Source: Planktothrix sp. GU0601_MAG3 (GTDB taxonomy: Bacteria; Cyanobacteriota; Cyanobacteriia; Cyanobacteriales; Microcoleaceae). Taken from it: a DNA stretch of 64,000 nt. Location of the stretch: NCBI GenBank assembly GCA_035193785.1, contig CP136572.1, positions 3,220,578 through 3,284,577 of the forward strand, written 5' to 3'. Positions 12,501-24,875 of the stretch are shown here, piece by piece. Under the pieces are notes generated by a model. It was not told where the DNA came from, did not search any database, and saw only the letters and a list, made by a program, of their open reading frames with translations. The position numbers and the translations under genes are program-made. The number at the start of each line of letters is the position of its first letter. The stretch's first letter is position 1.

Positions 12501-12552
12501 CCCCATTCGTAATTCGTAATTCGTAATTCGTAATTCCCTATTCCCTATTCCC
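12501..12552. repeat. Heptamer tandem repeats (GTAATTC, CCTATTC)
   Basis: Visible; same family as 4691-4760. Confidence 0.85.
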
Positions 12553-12620
12553 TGCTATATAATGGAAAAAGCCATCCTCCGTATTGCTAAAATACGGAGT
12601 TTCTACCCAAATTTTTGATA

Positions 12621-13341
12621 ATGAAATTATTCAATTTTTTTGTTTTGACTGGAACAATTCTCAGCTTGAGTCCTAATATTAATAGTTTAACATTAGACTC
12701 TGTGCCCTCTAATTCTTCAGTCAAATTAGCTCAAAATTCTAGTTCTGCTTCTTCAATTCAAGGATATTGTTTTTCTATTGCCGATGATAATATGGACTCC
12801 ACCGCCCGGATTTATATTGATGGGAATAAAGTCACGGGTCGAGTTGAAGCGACGATTCATAATAAAAAAGAATCCTATTATACTTCCTATACTCAAATAT
12901 TAGAAGGGACGAAAAATGGCAATAAATTAAACTTAAATATTACCACGAAAATTGAGTTAGATACCCAAAAAACCAAGGAAACTTGGACGCTAAATTCAGA
13001 CTCTTTAAATACGGGACGAACAGTTTATAAAAAACAACCCTGTTTAGTCTCTCAAGTCCGTTTTGCCCCCGGGAAAAATTCGGCAACCGTGAGTCAGTCG
13101 GTGGTACTAGGTAGTCGCAATATTTATTTATTAAAAGCCAAACAGGGCCAAAGAATGGATCTTAAAATTACTGCTTTAGAAAATAACGCTGTTTTTGATG
13201 TAATTGCCCCCAATGGGCAGGTTTTGAAAACCGCAGCCACCCAGTCTAGTTTGAAATTACCCGCCACCGGAAATTATGAAATTGTCGTTGGTGGAAACTC
13301 GGGGGAATGCTAGTTATCAATTAACCGTTAAAATTCAATAA
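12621..13341 (+). CDS. Secreted hypothetical protein with a C-terminal PPC-like beta domain (apparent frameshift at 13294-13298)
   Basis: Signal peptide; C-terminus VRFAPG...YLLKAKQGQ...LPATGNYEIVVGGTRGNASYQLTVKIQ* after repair. Confidence 0.65.
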
Positions 13342-13345
13342 GAAA

Positions 13346-13409
13346 GAAACCGGGTTTTTAACAGTGATTTATTGCTAGTTATCCAGACTAATGCAAAAAC
13401 CCGGTTTCT
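13346..13409. repeat. Inverted-repeat element AGAAACCGGGTTTTT...AAAAACCCGGTTTCT between convergent genes; possible bidirectional terminator
   Basis: 15-bp inverted arms seen directly. Confidence 0.7.
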
Positions 13410-13424
13410 GGTTTATTAAAGAAG

Positions 13425-14512
13425 TTAATCAACCTTTTTGTCAGTGTTCCAAGCCGATTGATAATAGACTTTTGAACCGTTATCAGGAACAAAATGACAA
13501 GACCGATAGGATGTAATGAAACTTTTCCAAATCGGTTCATTAGAAGACCGATAATATTCACCCAGTAGGGGTTTAATCGCCTCCGTTGCTGTTTTCAAAT
13601 GATAGTGAGGCATACTCAAGAAAATGTGATGAGCAACGTGAGTTCCGATATTATGATGAATGGGATTAATAAAGCCATAATCTCGGTCAATTGTGGATAA
13701 GGCCCCTTTGAGGAAATACCAATCGTCCCCCCGATACCAGGGAATATCAGCCTCGGTATGATGTAAGTAGGTGACTAAATCCAGCCATATCACAAACACG
13801 AAATAGGGCATGAAATAGTATTTCAGGAAAAACACCCATCCAAACTGATAGGTGATAAACCCTAAAAAGCTTACCATTACAATCATCCAAGATGTACTGG
13901 TAATAATATCCCATTTTTCTGACTCTTTAAACATAGGGCTGCTCGGTAAAAAGTGAGAGCCTTTACGCAGGGGAGAAGAACTTCGGAACAGATAAATCGG
14001 ATAGGCGACTAAGGGGATATAAAAGGGCAACAGCTTTTCATACCAAACCATCTTATTGAACGAACTTTCCGTTACCGGATGCCAACTTTCATCGGTATCA
14101 ATATTTCCGGTATTGGCGTGATGGGTTTTCTATGGCTGATGCGCCAACCGTGATAGGGAACTAGAATCGGAATATGGGACAGATGGCCAATTAAGTTATT
14201 CAGCCATTTGATTTTGGAGAAAGACCCATGACCGCAATCATGGCCCACAACAAATAACGCCCAAAACATCGTTCCTTGCATCACCCAAAAGATGGGGAAA
14301 AATAGCCAAGAATCGAGTTTATAGGCGATAAAGTACAGACCAGCGATGATCGAAATATCAATGAAGAAGTAACTTAGAGATTTCCCAACTGAGGGTTCAA
14401 AACAATGGGCGGGAATGGCCGCTTTGATATCTTGGAGAGTAAAGGGTAACTCTGATTTCCTAGTTGCTGAGGCACTAAGAGTAGCCTGGTTAGAATTATT
14501 AGGTGATTGCAC
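13425..14512 (-). CDS. desB: Omega-3 (delta-15) fatty acid desaturase DesB (apparent +2 frameshift at 14125-14130)
   Basis: His boxes HDCGH, HRTHH (after repair) and HVAHH; LPFTLQDIKAAIP N-terminus; likely GTG start at 14512. Confidence 0.92.
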
Positions 14513-14785
14513 AGATATTGTGATTGAATCTGAGTGAGTAGTCCCCAGTTGTATTTTCACCCCAAACTGAACCACAAATATCCGGGTTGGGGATGTTAAC
14601 CTGAACTGCGGGTTTTGAACGGAACTTGTTCCACCCTGATTATAACTCGATTTTTGTAACAAATCTTAAATGAGTAAAATTATTCAGCCAATCTTAGCCT
14701 GGGGTGCGGCTTGGGTGTTCAGGGGAGGGCTTTAGCCCAACAACCTTTTATCTGGGCGAATAATGATGACCACGGACTTAAAAGG

Positions 14786-15464
14786 TTAGGGTAATTCCCC
14801 AAATTGTTCTCGATATTTTGCTAATAGTGTTTCTGCTGCTATTGCGGCTTCTTCGGGAGTGGGAAGAAGTTGACCGTCTGAGGTGAAAAAACGCAATTGG
14901 GAGTTATAAAGACCTAAAAATAATTCCAATTGTTGACTCCATAACCATCCTTGAGAATTGGGTTTCAAGGGGTTGATATTTACCCTCAACTAAATGAAAT
15001 CCGGCTAATTCTAAGGTGTCAGGATCAAACCAAAAATAATCAAAGGTGCGAAAGGTATCTTGATAGAGTTGTTTCTTTAATCCCTTATCAATTTCTGCGG
15101 TGGATGGAGATAAAAGTTCAATAATAATATTAGGATATTTGCCTTCTTCCCAAATCACCCAACTGCGTCTGGGTTTGCGTTCTGTGTCCAAAACCACAAA
15201 GAAATCTGGCCCTCTAAAATCCTGTGATTTTTTTTGATTCGGGTTAAAATAGATAGTTAAATTTCCAGAAACATAAAAATCTTGACGGTTTCGCCACCAC
15301 CACTCTAAAAGATGAATCAGCAGATCAATTTGTCTGCGGTGTAAATCACTTTCCACGGGAGGTTCCTCACTCCATAAATCACTAGGTGGAAATATAATAT
15401 CATCAAATTCTTCCGGTTGTTCTAATCTTTGAAGGTTAGCGGGTTCGTGATCAACAATAAACAT
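14786..15464 (-). CDS. Uma2-family endonuclease (apparent frameshift at 14962-14966)
   Basis: SEEPPVESDLH, GPDFFVV, IIELLSPST...DKGLKK. Confidence 0.88.
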
Positions 15465-15539
15465 AAACAGGTTAACCGAATTAGGATAGATATAGTTTAG
15501 CGTAACCTTCAATCATTTGTCGAATAGAGTAATATTAAA

Positions 15540-15917
15540 TCAACTAGATTGGGGAGTAATTACTTTCGATAAGGGTTGAATGGCATTTTTTAATGTTTCT
15601 TTGTTCAACTCAAGTTTAGGTTTAGGAACAGAACTAATATTAGTTAGGGGTAAACGAGCTAATGCTAATTTTGAAGTTGCTGTTTGTTCAGAATCGTTAT
15701 TAATTAAAATAGCACTATTCAGAATTTCTAACTGAGCATCCACAATATCATCATAGTTTTCATACCAACTGGCGATCGCAATTGACAAAGTTTCAATATC
15801 ATCGGGTAAGGGTTCAATTAAATCAATTAGAGCTTGACGGTGTGAGTTAGTAAATAATTGAGGCTGTTCTTCTAATAATTTTAAAAAAGCCTCTAGGTTT
15901 TGATGGTAAAAAGACAT
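15540..15917 (-). CDS. Hypothetical protein
   Basis: 125-aa ORF with a GAGG-type RBS upstream; no recognised domain. Confidence 0.7.
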   Translation of the reverse strand: MSFYHQNLEAFLKLLEEQPQLFTNSHRQALIDLIEPLPDDIETLSIAIASWYENYDDIVDAQLEILNSAILINNDSEQTATSKLALARLPLTNISSVPKPKLELNKETLKNAIQPLSKVITPQSS

Positions 15918-15976
15918 GGATTAATCCTCTCAATTGTTATAAAAATAATGATATCAAATTTAACGTTAATCAAGAT

Positions 15977-16011
15977 ATATAGCAAGTCTAAATCAATTAG
16001 ACTTGCTATAT
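15977..16011. terminator. Perfect 15-bp hairpin ATATAGCAAGTCTAA-ATCAA-TTAGACTTGCTATAT just downstream of lpdA
   Basis: Perfect inverted repeat seen directly. Confidence 0.6.
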
Positions 16012-16021
16012 TAAATTAAAT

Positions 16022-17453
16022 CTAATGACCCCCAACACCAACAACCGCCCGTTTATAGGCTTCGTCCAGCACTTCAGAAAGGGTAGGATGGGTATGAACT
16101 GAGAACACTAAATCATGGACAGATTGACGATGATACATGGCATTTGCCGCTTCTTGAATTAAATCAGAAGCATGGAGACCAAAGATATGAACCCCTAAAA
16201 GTTCCCCCGTATCTTTGCGATAAATAACTTTAGCCATACCTTCGGTTTCTCCCTCCGCAATGGCTTTAGAATTACCCTTAAAATAGGTTTTCACCGTGGC
16301 AATTTCAAACCCTTCTTTTTCGCCTAATTCCTTCGCCGCTGGTTCATTTAAACCCACATAACTAATTTCAGGATGGGTAAAAGCCGCCGCTGGAATACTG
16401 CGATAATCCACCGCCCGAGGACGTCCGCAAATAGTTTCTACAACGGCGACTCCCTGGGCGGATGCGGTATGGGCTAACATCATTTTACCCGTCGCATCTC
16501 CAATCGCCCATAAATGGGGAACAGGTTCACCCCCAGATAATACCTCTAAATGATCATTTGTAGGAATAAAACCGCCCCGAATAGGTTCCACATTCACCGA
16601 TTCTAAACCTAAATTTTTACTCACCGGAATCCGTCCAGTCGCCACCAAACAAGCATCCACTTCTAGGACTTCTTCTACTTCTTTAGTTTTGGTATCGGCT
16701 AACTCAATAATAACCGGAGAACCCGGCGTTACTTTTAATGCTAATTTCCCAACTTTAGTTTCAATATCCCGGGGATTAATTAAAACCCGTTGAGCTAATT
16801 TAGCAATATCAGGATCAAAAGTTGGCATTAATTGATCCAAGGCTTCAATCATGGTTACTTCACAACCTAAAGCCGTATAAATATCAGAAAATTCTAAGCC
16901 GATATAACCGCTTCCAATAATAGCAATCCATGGGGGTAGGGATTCCAATTTAACCGCATCATCACTGGTAAAAACTGTTTTGTGATCAATCGTAATTCCC
17001 GGGGGAACAAAAGGCACAGAACCCGGGGCTAAAATAATATCTTTAGCGGTAATAGTTTTTTCTCCATTAGTTGTTTCAATGGTAACTTTATTCGCCCCAG
17101 CAATTTTACCCCAACCTTGAATCACATCAACCCCTAACCGCTTCAAACTATTGGTTAAATCACCCCGAAGTTTAGTGACAATATTATCAGCATGGTTGGC
17201 AATTTGTTCCCGATCAAAACTGACTTGTCCTAACTGAATTCCTAAATTTTTTAAGTGATGGGTATTATGTAATTCCCTGACCCGTCCCGATGCGGCTAAT
17301 AACGCTTTAGAGGGAATACAGCCTCGATTCACACAGGTTTCCCCCCATGTCCCCCGCTTCAATAATTGCGGTTTTCAAGCCACAACCGACGGCGTGGATA
17401 GCAGCACCATGTCCGCCCACTCCCGCACCAATAATCACTAAATCGTAATCCAT
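16022..17453 (-). CDS. lpdA: Dihydrolipoamide dehydrogenase (apparent frameshift at 17337-17341)
   Basis: [27 protein letters not shown] after repair, [16 protein letters not shown]. Confidence 0.95.
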
Positions 17454-17609
17454 ATTCTGTTACTACTCTATTGGGATTAAAAAATATTACCGTTTTCCCT
17501 GCCCCTTGCCAACTCAATCGCCTTTACAAAAGCCAGATTAGTTTGGTGTGCCCCCGGCTTTTTGCGGTAAGCTAGACTCGATTACTGTGTTTGTCACCCT
17601 GATTGTAAC

Positions 17610-18467
17610 ATGAAAACCAAACTCGCAACTATTACATTAAGTCTGATTTTATCGGTACTTTTTCCAGCACAAAGTTTTGCTGGAACCATTTTAGAAGATA
17701 TCAAAAAAACGGGAGTTTTAAAAGCAGGAGTTCGCCAAGATGCACCGCCATTAGGATTTGTCACAGCCGATGGTAAATGGGAGGGTTATTGTATAGAATT
17801 AATGGATTTATTAGGAGAAAGATTGCAAAAACAATTGAAACTAAGTAAACCCATAGAGGTACAATTAATTCCCTCAAATTTACAAAATCGGGAACAACTG
17901 GTCAGGGAAGGAAAAGTTCATTTAGAGTGTGGCCCTAATACAATTTTGCGGAATCCAGAATCCGGTATTACCTATTCTGATCGGTTTTTAGCCACGGGCG
18001 TTCATTTATTAGTTCGACCGGATAATCAATCTTATATTCAACCCTCGGGAGCCCTAGAAGCCATTTCCATTGGGGTCTTACCCGCTTCCTTAACTCAACA
18101 GTTTATTAGCAGTCGTTATTCCTTAGCAAAAGTTGTAGAATACCCCGGAGTTGACGGTCGAAAAAATGCCGTAGAAGATGTGGTTCAAGGTCGTCTTAAT
18201 GCCTTCGCCAGTGACGGATTATTATTAATTGGAGAAGTGCTGAGAAATCCCGCCATTAAACCTCAAGATTCTGCGTTAATTCCCAAGGAACCCTTAACCT
18301 GTGAATTTTATGGTATGATTCTTCCGGCTGGAGATATTTCTTGGATTAATACGGTAAATTCTTTGATATTAGTCGAAGAAACAGTTAATATTTTAACGGG
18401 ACTATATGGAAAAGATTCCGATTATGTAAAAACCCTCGAAGCCGCTCATAATAAATGCCTACCATAA
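17610..18467 (+). CDS. Orphan amino-acid ABC-type substrate-binding protein (SBP family 3)
   Basis: Signal peptide, GVRQDAPPLGF, EGYCIEL, LECGPNTI, AFASDG, PLTCEFYGMILP. Confidence 0.85.
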   Translation: MKTKLATITLSLILSVLFPAQSFAGTILEDIKKTGVLKAGVRQDAPPLGFVTADGKWEGYCIELMDLLGERLQKQLKLSKPIEVQLIPSNLQNREQLVREGKVHLECGPNTILRNPESGITYSDRFLATGVHLLVRPDNQSYIQPSGALEAISIGVLPASLTQQFISSRYSLAKVVEYPGVDGRKNAVEDVVQGRLNAFASDGLLLIGEVLRNPAIKPQDSALIPKEPLTCEFYGMILPAGDISWINTVNSLILVEETVNILTGLYGKDSDYVKTLEAAHNKCLP

Positions 18468-18632
18468 ACGGGCAAAATTTCTAACTCGGATCACCTTAAG
18501 GTTTAATATTTAAACGGGTATCCTTGAAAATATCCAGGGATACCTCGATTATTTTCCCAACTATTGTTTTTTAATCCAAAAAATGCCACACTATTAATAC
18601 TTCTAAGACTACACCCAGTCTGAGGCAATCGT

Positions 18633-20904
18633 ATGAGCGACATTACTCCCCCCAAAACTGTTCCTGGTAATCCTTCCTCCCCATCTATTCTATTTCTCAA
18701 TCGCTGTGTTGAGCAGGTGTTTGCTGGAATTTTAGATCCCGATACGGAGCTATTCCAAAGCAATGCTACGCTTTTGGGAGACTCCTATGCGGAATTTAAA
18801 GTCATTCTTCAGCAAGTTCGACAAAACAACTACCAGCAATTATTACCTACCCTAATCGCTGGATTACAATTTATTTTAGGTAGAGAAGCCTACGAAAATC
18901 AAGACCTAGAAGCAACCCTTTACCATTATCGTCGCAGTTTAGAATATTGGCCATCGGCTTTAGCTAAAGGCAATTTAGAGATGCTTTCTATGGCTAACCG
19001 AGAAACCATTTTACCCAATCAATTTATTGAACAAATGGGGGGAGTTTTATTCCATTTGGGGTTATGTTTTGTCACCCTAGGTCAGTCCGATAATCAAGCA
19101 AAAAATACTCAAAATTTGCAAGAAGCTAGAAACTATTTTGAGAAAAGCTTAGAAATATTTGAGAAAGTCAATCGCCCCGATTTAATGTCTAAATTTATTG
19201 GGGAATTAACCACGGTTTTAAGACAATTAGAAGAATGGGACGCCCTGCAAAAAGCAGCCCAGAAAGCCATTCAGTTGCATATTTCCTATGGTTCAGAAGC
19301 CCAATTAGCCAAGGATTATGGTTTCTTAGCCGAAGCTGCGTTACAGGAATCTAAATGGGCGCACGCCAATCAATTAGCGGAGTTAGCCTTAGCCATTCAA
19401 GGTCAATCCGCCTACAGTGACCCGATGAGCGCCACCGCCAGTTTCCAATAATTCCTATCTTTATTTACTCACGGAATCCAAACAGGAATTACAACAGTGG
19501 GAAACAACGGTTAGTCAACTCGAAGAAGCCTTAAAAAGAACCAGTCTGGAAGATGACCCCAAGGGTTATCTCAGAATTTTGACCGCTTTACACAAACTTT
19601 ATTTTGATCAAGATTTATATATTCAAGCCTCCCGTTTAAAGGAAGAAAAAATTAAAATAGAATATCAATATGGGCTACGCGCCTTTATTGGGGTTCGCAC
19701 CTTACAAGCCCAATCTAAACCGAATGAACAACAACAATCTATTGCTGTAGAAATTGAAAATTCCGACCGTTTAAAGGATGTTCAAGCCCTATTTGAACGG
19801 ATTCAAGACCCGCAACATAAACTGATTATTCTGCATGGGGAGTCCGGGGTAGGAAAAAGTTCATTATTGAATGCGGGAATTATACCCAAGCTATTAGAAG
19901 AACAGGGGCGTAGTTCTCAGGTTGCTACACCCATTTTACTAAGAATTTATACCGACTGGTTACGGGAACCCAACCCGAAAACCTGGAACTTGAATTCAGT
20001 GATAAATTTACTCAAACGCAATGATCAAAATCAAATTCCCACGGTATTAATTTTTGATCAATTTGAAGAATTTTTTGTTGTGTGTAAACAGTTGGAACAA
20101 CGATTACCCTTTTATGAATTTTTAAAAGAAAGTTTGAGCTTGAATTCAATTAAAATTTTACTCTCATTAAGAAATGATGCTTTACATTATTTGTTAGAAT
20201 GCGATCGCTACACTAATTTAGAGGATATTATTCAGGCTGAAATCCTCTCGAAAAAAGTGCTTTATGGCTTAGAAAACTTTACTTTAATTCAAGCAAAAAA
20301 TTTAATTAAAAATCAATTTGATCGAGCTAATTTTAATATAAAGCCTGATTTAATGAATCAATTAATCCAGGATTTAACTGTTAATATTGATCAAATTAGA
20401 CCGATTGAATTGCAACTAATTGGAACCCAATTGCAATCTGATGATATTCAAACCCTAGAACAATACCAAAAACTGGGGGAATATCCCAGACAAAAAATGT
20501 TAGAGCAGTTTTTGGATGAAATTATTCGAGATTGTAGTAGCAAAAATGAACGAATAGTAATTAAAATTCTCAATGTTTTAACCCATGAACAAGAACATCG
20601 TCCCCTGAAAACCAGCAAAGAACTCGCCGAAGAATTAAATACAGAATTTAGTAAAATTGAACCCCTATTAGCAGTCCTAGTAGAAGAAGGATTAATTCTA
20701 CATCTCCCAGATATCCCCGATGACCGATACCAACTTACCCATGATTATTTAGTCGGTTTAATTCATCAACAAAAAGGAGAACGATTAATTGCTCAATTAG
20801 AACTAGAACGAGATCAAGCTCAACGCAAAATTATTGAGGAGAAACCAAATAGTTTTGTGAATCGCGCGATCGCCTCTGTTCTCCGTTGGATTAACGCTGA
20901 TTAA
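18633..20904 (+). CDS. TPR-repeat protein with C-terminal STAND-type (nSTAND1-like) NTPase (apparent frameshift at 19441-19445)
   Basis: Helical repeats, Walker A HGESGVGKSSLLNAG, Walker B LIFDQFEEFF, RPIELQLIG, YQLTHDYLV. Confidence 0.8.
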
Positions 20905-20905
20905 T

Positions 20906-21472
20906 ATGAACAATAAACCTCAAACAGAACAGGAAAAAATGCTGGCGGGAGAATTATATCTCCCCAACGATCCCGAGTTGGTTTTAGGGCGTAAACGCGC
21001 GTCTAAACTGACTCGTTTATATAACAGTACCACGGAAGATGAGTTAGAAACTCGTCAACTGATTCTCTTAGAATTATTCGATAAAATCGGCAATAATCTA
21101 TTCATCACTCCTCCATTTTATTGTGATTATGGCTGTTATATTAAACTGGGGAATAATGTCTACATGAACTTTAATTGTATTATCTTAGACTGCAATTATA
21201 TTGAAATTGGGGATAATGTTTTATTAGCCCCTAACGTTCAAATTTATGCCGCCTATCACCCAATTGATCCCGCATTACGCCTAACCGGAAAAGAATTAGC
21301 AGCACCAATTAAAATAGGTAATAATGTTTGGATTGGCGGCGGTGCGATTATTTGTCCCGGGGTAGAAATTGGTGATCACACCACCGTTGGCGCCGGAAGT
21401 GTGGTAGTTGATAATATTCCTTCAGGAGTTCTAGCGGCGGGGAATCCTTGTCGGGTGATTCGGGAATTATAG
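20906..21472 (+). CDS. Sugar O-acetyltransferase (maltose acetyltransferase family)
   Basis: EKMLAGELY, PPFYCDYG, hexapeptide repeats, GNPCRVIR. Confidence 0.9.
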   Translation: MNNKPQTEQEKMLAGELYLPNDPELVLGRKRASKLTRLYNSTTEDELETRQLILLELFDKIGNNLFITPPFYCDYGCYIKLGNNVYMNFNCIILDCNYIEIGDNVLLAPNVQIYAAYHPIDPALRLTGKELAAPIKIGNNVWIGGGAIICPGVEIGDHTTVGAGSVVVDNIPSGVLAAGNPCRVIREL

Positions 21473-21474
21473 CG

Positions 21475-21572
21475 GGGAATAGGGAATAGGTAATGGGTAA
21501 TGGGTAATGGGTTTTGGGTAATGGGTAATGGGTTTTGGGTTTTGGGTTTTGGGTAATGGGTAATAGGGAATA
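21475..21572. repeat. Heptamer tandem array (GGGAATA/GGGTAAT/GGGTTTT) between convergent genes
   Basis: Directly visible. Confidence 0.9.
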
Positions 21573-21604
21573 CCGGAGGAAAAGAGTTAATTCAAGTCCT
21601 TGGA

Positions 21605-22300
21605 TTAATCCGCTAATTTCTGGATAGGTTCCCAGTGTTGAATGTCCTGTAATAACGCTTCGTATCCCGCCACATTGGGGTGTAAACCATCGGAACATAA
21701 CCGAGATTTCCACCAATGTTCCCCTCGATCTAGCCAAATTTCTAATAAATCTAAATAGGGAATATCGCGCTCTAAACAGGCGAGACGAGTAGCATCTTTG
21801 TAGCGAAATTGATCGGCTAAAGTATAATATAAACAGCCTTGAAAGGGCATTTTACTTTCATCAACCGGAACCATTCCCACAAACACAACCTGACACATTT
21901 TTTGAGCTTTATCCAATAAACGGTGTAGGGTGGTTTCAAAATGATCAAATTCCGTATAATTGCGACCTTGAAACGATTGTATCCGCGCCGAATCATTTAA
22001 TCCCACGGAAAAAACGCCCACCTCCGGTAAACGGTTGCGTAATTCTCCCCGATGGCGCAATTCTTGGTCTAGGCGATCGCAAACTTGAACCACCCGATTT
22101 CCCCGCACCCCCAAATTGTAGATAATTGGGCCAACTATCTCCGGTGACATCCATTGACGTCGCAATCGCTCCACCCAGCCGCCCCCTTCAGGATCACCAA
22201 ATCCATAGACGAGACTATCTCCTAACACCACAACTTTCAGAGGCTGACGTTGAGGAATAACGGAAAAATTAGCTAAGGTGGGATTGATCGCTGCTTGCAT
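21605..22300 (-). CDS. GDSL/SGNH hydrolase
   Basis: LGDSLVYG, NLGVRG, GLND, DGLHPN blocks. Confidence 0.9.
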   Translation of the reverse strand: MQAAINPTLANFSVIPQRQPLKVVVLGDSLVYGFGDPEGGGWVERLRRQWMSPEIVGPIIYNLGVRGNRVVQVCDRLDQELRHRGELRNRLPEVGVFSVGLNDSARIQSFQGRNYTEFDHFETTLHRLLDKAQKMCQVVFVGMVPVDESKMPFQGCLYYTLADQFRYKDATRLACLERDIPYLDLLEIWLDRGEHWWKSRLCSDGLHPNVAGYEALLQDIQHWEPIQKLAD

Positions 22301-22508
22301 TTTGCTGGAAAATCATGGTGGATGGACAGTTTACCCCGTCAGAATCGCAATTGGTTTCCATAGGGCGTTTATAAAAACTAACATCTCCAGGGGCTTTTCA
22401 CTAGATTCCCTGCCTATATTTCGCAAATTTTTCATCAAATCACCCTAAGTTACCCGCGAATTGCCAGCATCAGACCCTTGCTGGGGATAAAATACTCAGA
22501 AAATCGGA

Positions 22509-22600
22509 CAGGACTCACACAGAATACCCAATTATACACCATCTGTAGGGGCGAACGGCCGTTCGCCCCTACTAGATATGGTTGTTTTGCGTAAGTCCTG
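22509..22600. mobile_element. 92-bp MITE with CAGGACTTACGCA-type terminal inverted repeats and a 5-bp TCGGA target-site duplication, containing a REP-like palindrome
   Basis: Left end CAGGACTCACACAGAA versus reverse complement of right end CAGGACTTACGCAAAA. TCGGA at 22504-22508 and 22601-22605. Internal perfect palindrome GTAGGGGCGAACGGCCGTTCGCCCCTAC at 22545-22572. Confidence 0.75.
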
Positions 22601-22864
22601 TCGGAGTTCCTACGCCAGAAGTATAAATCCCTTTTAGTTGTGTTCCAAGCCTCGGACTGGTATGCTCAATGTCAGTTCTACATTCTTAGAACATTCTTAG
22701 AACCGATATGCTTGGCGACGGGACAAGGGAGCATCTTGGCTCTATGATGTGAACCTAAAGACAACTTGCTATGGAATATTGGCTAAAAGCTGTTTGGATG
22801 CTTCACCGCGAATGTTCCCTGCTATATATAAACTGAAACTGATTTGCAGGAGGCAACTTGCTAA

Positions 22865-24101
22865 ATGCAAGGCTCTTTAAACGAAATTGATATTCGCAGT
22901 ATTTTACAACTGATTGAGCTTGGCCAGAGGACAGGGGAACTCATGGTAGAAGCCTACAGTTTCATCCCAGACGATAATGGAAATGGAACGCCATCCCACT
23001 CGTCTCACGGGACAATGTTGGTTAGTGTTTTCTTGGAATGGTCGAATTATCTATGCCGGCCAAAGCGAAGGAAGCCTCCAGAGATTACGCGATTATTTAC
23101 GGCGCTATCAGGCTGAAACCGTGCTTTGCGAGTTAGAAATTCCTTCGATCACATCGGTCAATGCGCCGGAATATGGATATTTATGGGTGTTGTTAGAAAA
23201 TCAAGTGATTACCCCAAACATCGCCCGCAATATCGTTCACTGTATGGTTCAGGAAACCCTCTTTGATTTGTTAAGTTTACATCAAGGCGCTTTTATTTTT
23301 GAAATGGGCTCGGGATTAGCACCCCAGTTAACCACCTTAGAAATTAGTCCCTTATTAGCCGATATTTTCAAACAAGTTCAAGAGTGGAAAAAATTCCATC
23401 CCCATATTACTTCCCCAAACCAATGTCCCTTGATCACCGATCGGTCAAAATTACAAAAAACAGTCCGACCTAAAGTGTTTGAAAGCCTGAATCATTGGGC
23501 AGACGGTCAAACCTCAATTCGTCAAATTTCCCGTTACCTACACCGAGATATTGTCACGGTGGCAAAGGCTATTTATCCCTTTGTACAACAGGGACTTGTA
23601 CAATTATTGGCTCTCCATCCCGAAAACATTTTAAGTGTGCCAGAACCCTTAACTGATAGGAATCGCACCCCAAGAATTGTGTGTATTGATGATGATCTAG
23701 TAATTCGAGAAACCGTCGAAACTATTTTAAGAGAACATGGCTATGAAGCGACAGCTATTGGCAATCCTTTAAAGGCATTAAGTTTAGTCTTTCAGCTTAA
23801 ACCCGATTTAATTCTTTGTGATATTGCCATGCCCGAATTGAATGGGTATGAAATCTGTGCAATGTTAAGAAATTCTACCGCTTTCCGTCAAACTCCGATT
23901 GTTATGTTAACAGGAATTGATGGATTTATTGACCGACTCAAAGCCCGTATGGTCAGGGCAACTAATTATTTAACTAAACCCTTTGGAGATGCCGAATTAT
24001 TAACATTAGTTGAAACCTATATTGGGCTAGGAAAAACAATGGATACTTCTATTAACAAAGATTTAGAAGATGAATTTATGACGGAGTTAGAAACCCTTTG
24101 A
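22865..24101 (+). CDS. pilG: PatA-family response regulator (PATAN/DUF4388 + receiver), PilG-type (apparent frameshift at 22959-22963)
   Basis: MQGSLNEIDIRSILQLIELGQRTGEL N-terminus; C-terminal receiver CIDDD, LCDIAMP, KPF; first gene of the chemosensory cluster. Confidence 0.85.
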
Positions 24102-24495
24102 CCTAATCTCACCTGGCCGATCTCCGGCAATTGTTTGGTGAATTGCCCGACAAATCCACCCCAACACCAAACTCTAAAACCAGCATGAACCGACCTGACT
24201 GCGACGGTTATGTCCTAGCGTACCTAGCGTATAATATCAATAGATGCAGAAAACTAGGGACTTTGATGGGGCGATGAATCTACCCGTTTCGCTTGGACTC
24301 CCCACTCCCAAGAGACTGGGCGATCAAGCTCCCGTACTATTCAAGTATAATCGAAACAGAATCACATCTTTTGAGATACTTAGGTTTTCTTACACTCTAC
24401 GATGAATTTGTAATGCAGCATAAACCTCATTCCACTTGGATTCCAACCGCCAACCTGACTACAGGTAATTTGGGAGTTTCTAGGGGAGAAGAAAG

Positions 24496-24862
24496 ATGAA
24501 TACAGTTATGGTTGTGGAAGATAGTGCGACTCAACGGGAGATGATTTGTGATCTTCTCAAGGACAATGGGTTAAAAGTCAGTATCGCCACCGATGGTGTG
24601 GAAGCACTCGAAGAAGTGCAGAAAAACCGCCCCGATTTAATGGTGCTAGATATTGTCATGCCCAGGATGAACGGCTATGAACTCTGTCGTCGCCTGAAAT
24701 CCGATCCCAAAACCCGTAATATTGCCATCGTGATGTGTTCTTCTAAAGGGGAAGAATTTGACCGCTATTGGGGAATGAAACAAGGGGCAGATGCTTATAT
24801 TGCTAAACCCTTTCAACCGAAAGAATTAATCGGAAACCGTCAAACAATTACTCAGAGGATAG
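24496..24862 (+). CDS. pilH: CheY-like response regulator, PilH/HmpB-type (apparent frameshift at 24833-24837)
   Basis: VEDS, LDIVMPRMNGYE, SSKGEEFDRYWGMKQGADAYIAKPF; repaired end ELIGTVKQLLRG*. Confidence 0.9.
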
Positions 24863-24875
24863 GTGAAAAATAACC

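Noticed and set aside
21348..21737. 129-aa minus-strand ORF with PKTHYPL repeats
   Set aside because: Translation of the heptamer array, overlapping two real genes.
24293..24499. 68-aa ORF upstream of pilH
   Set aside because: TTG start, no recognisable domain; more likely the promoter and leader of pilH.
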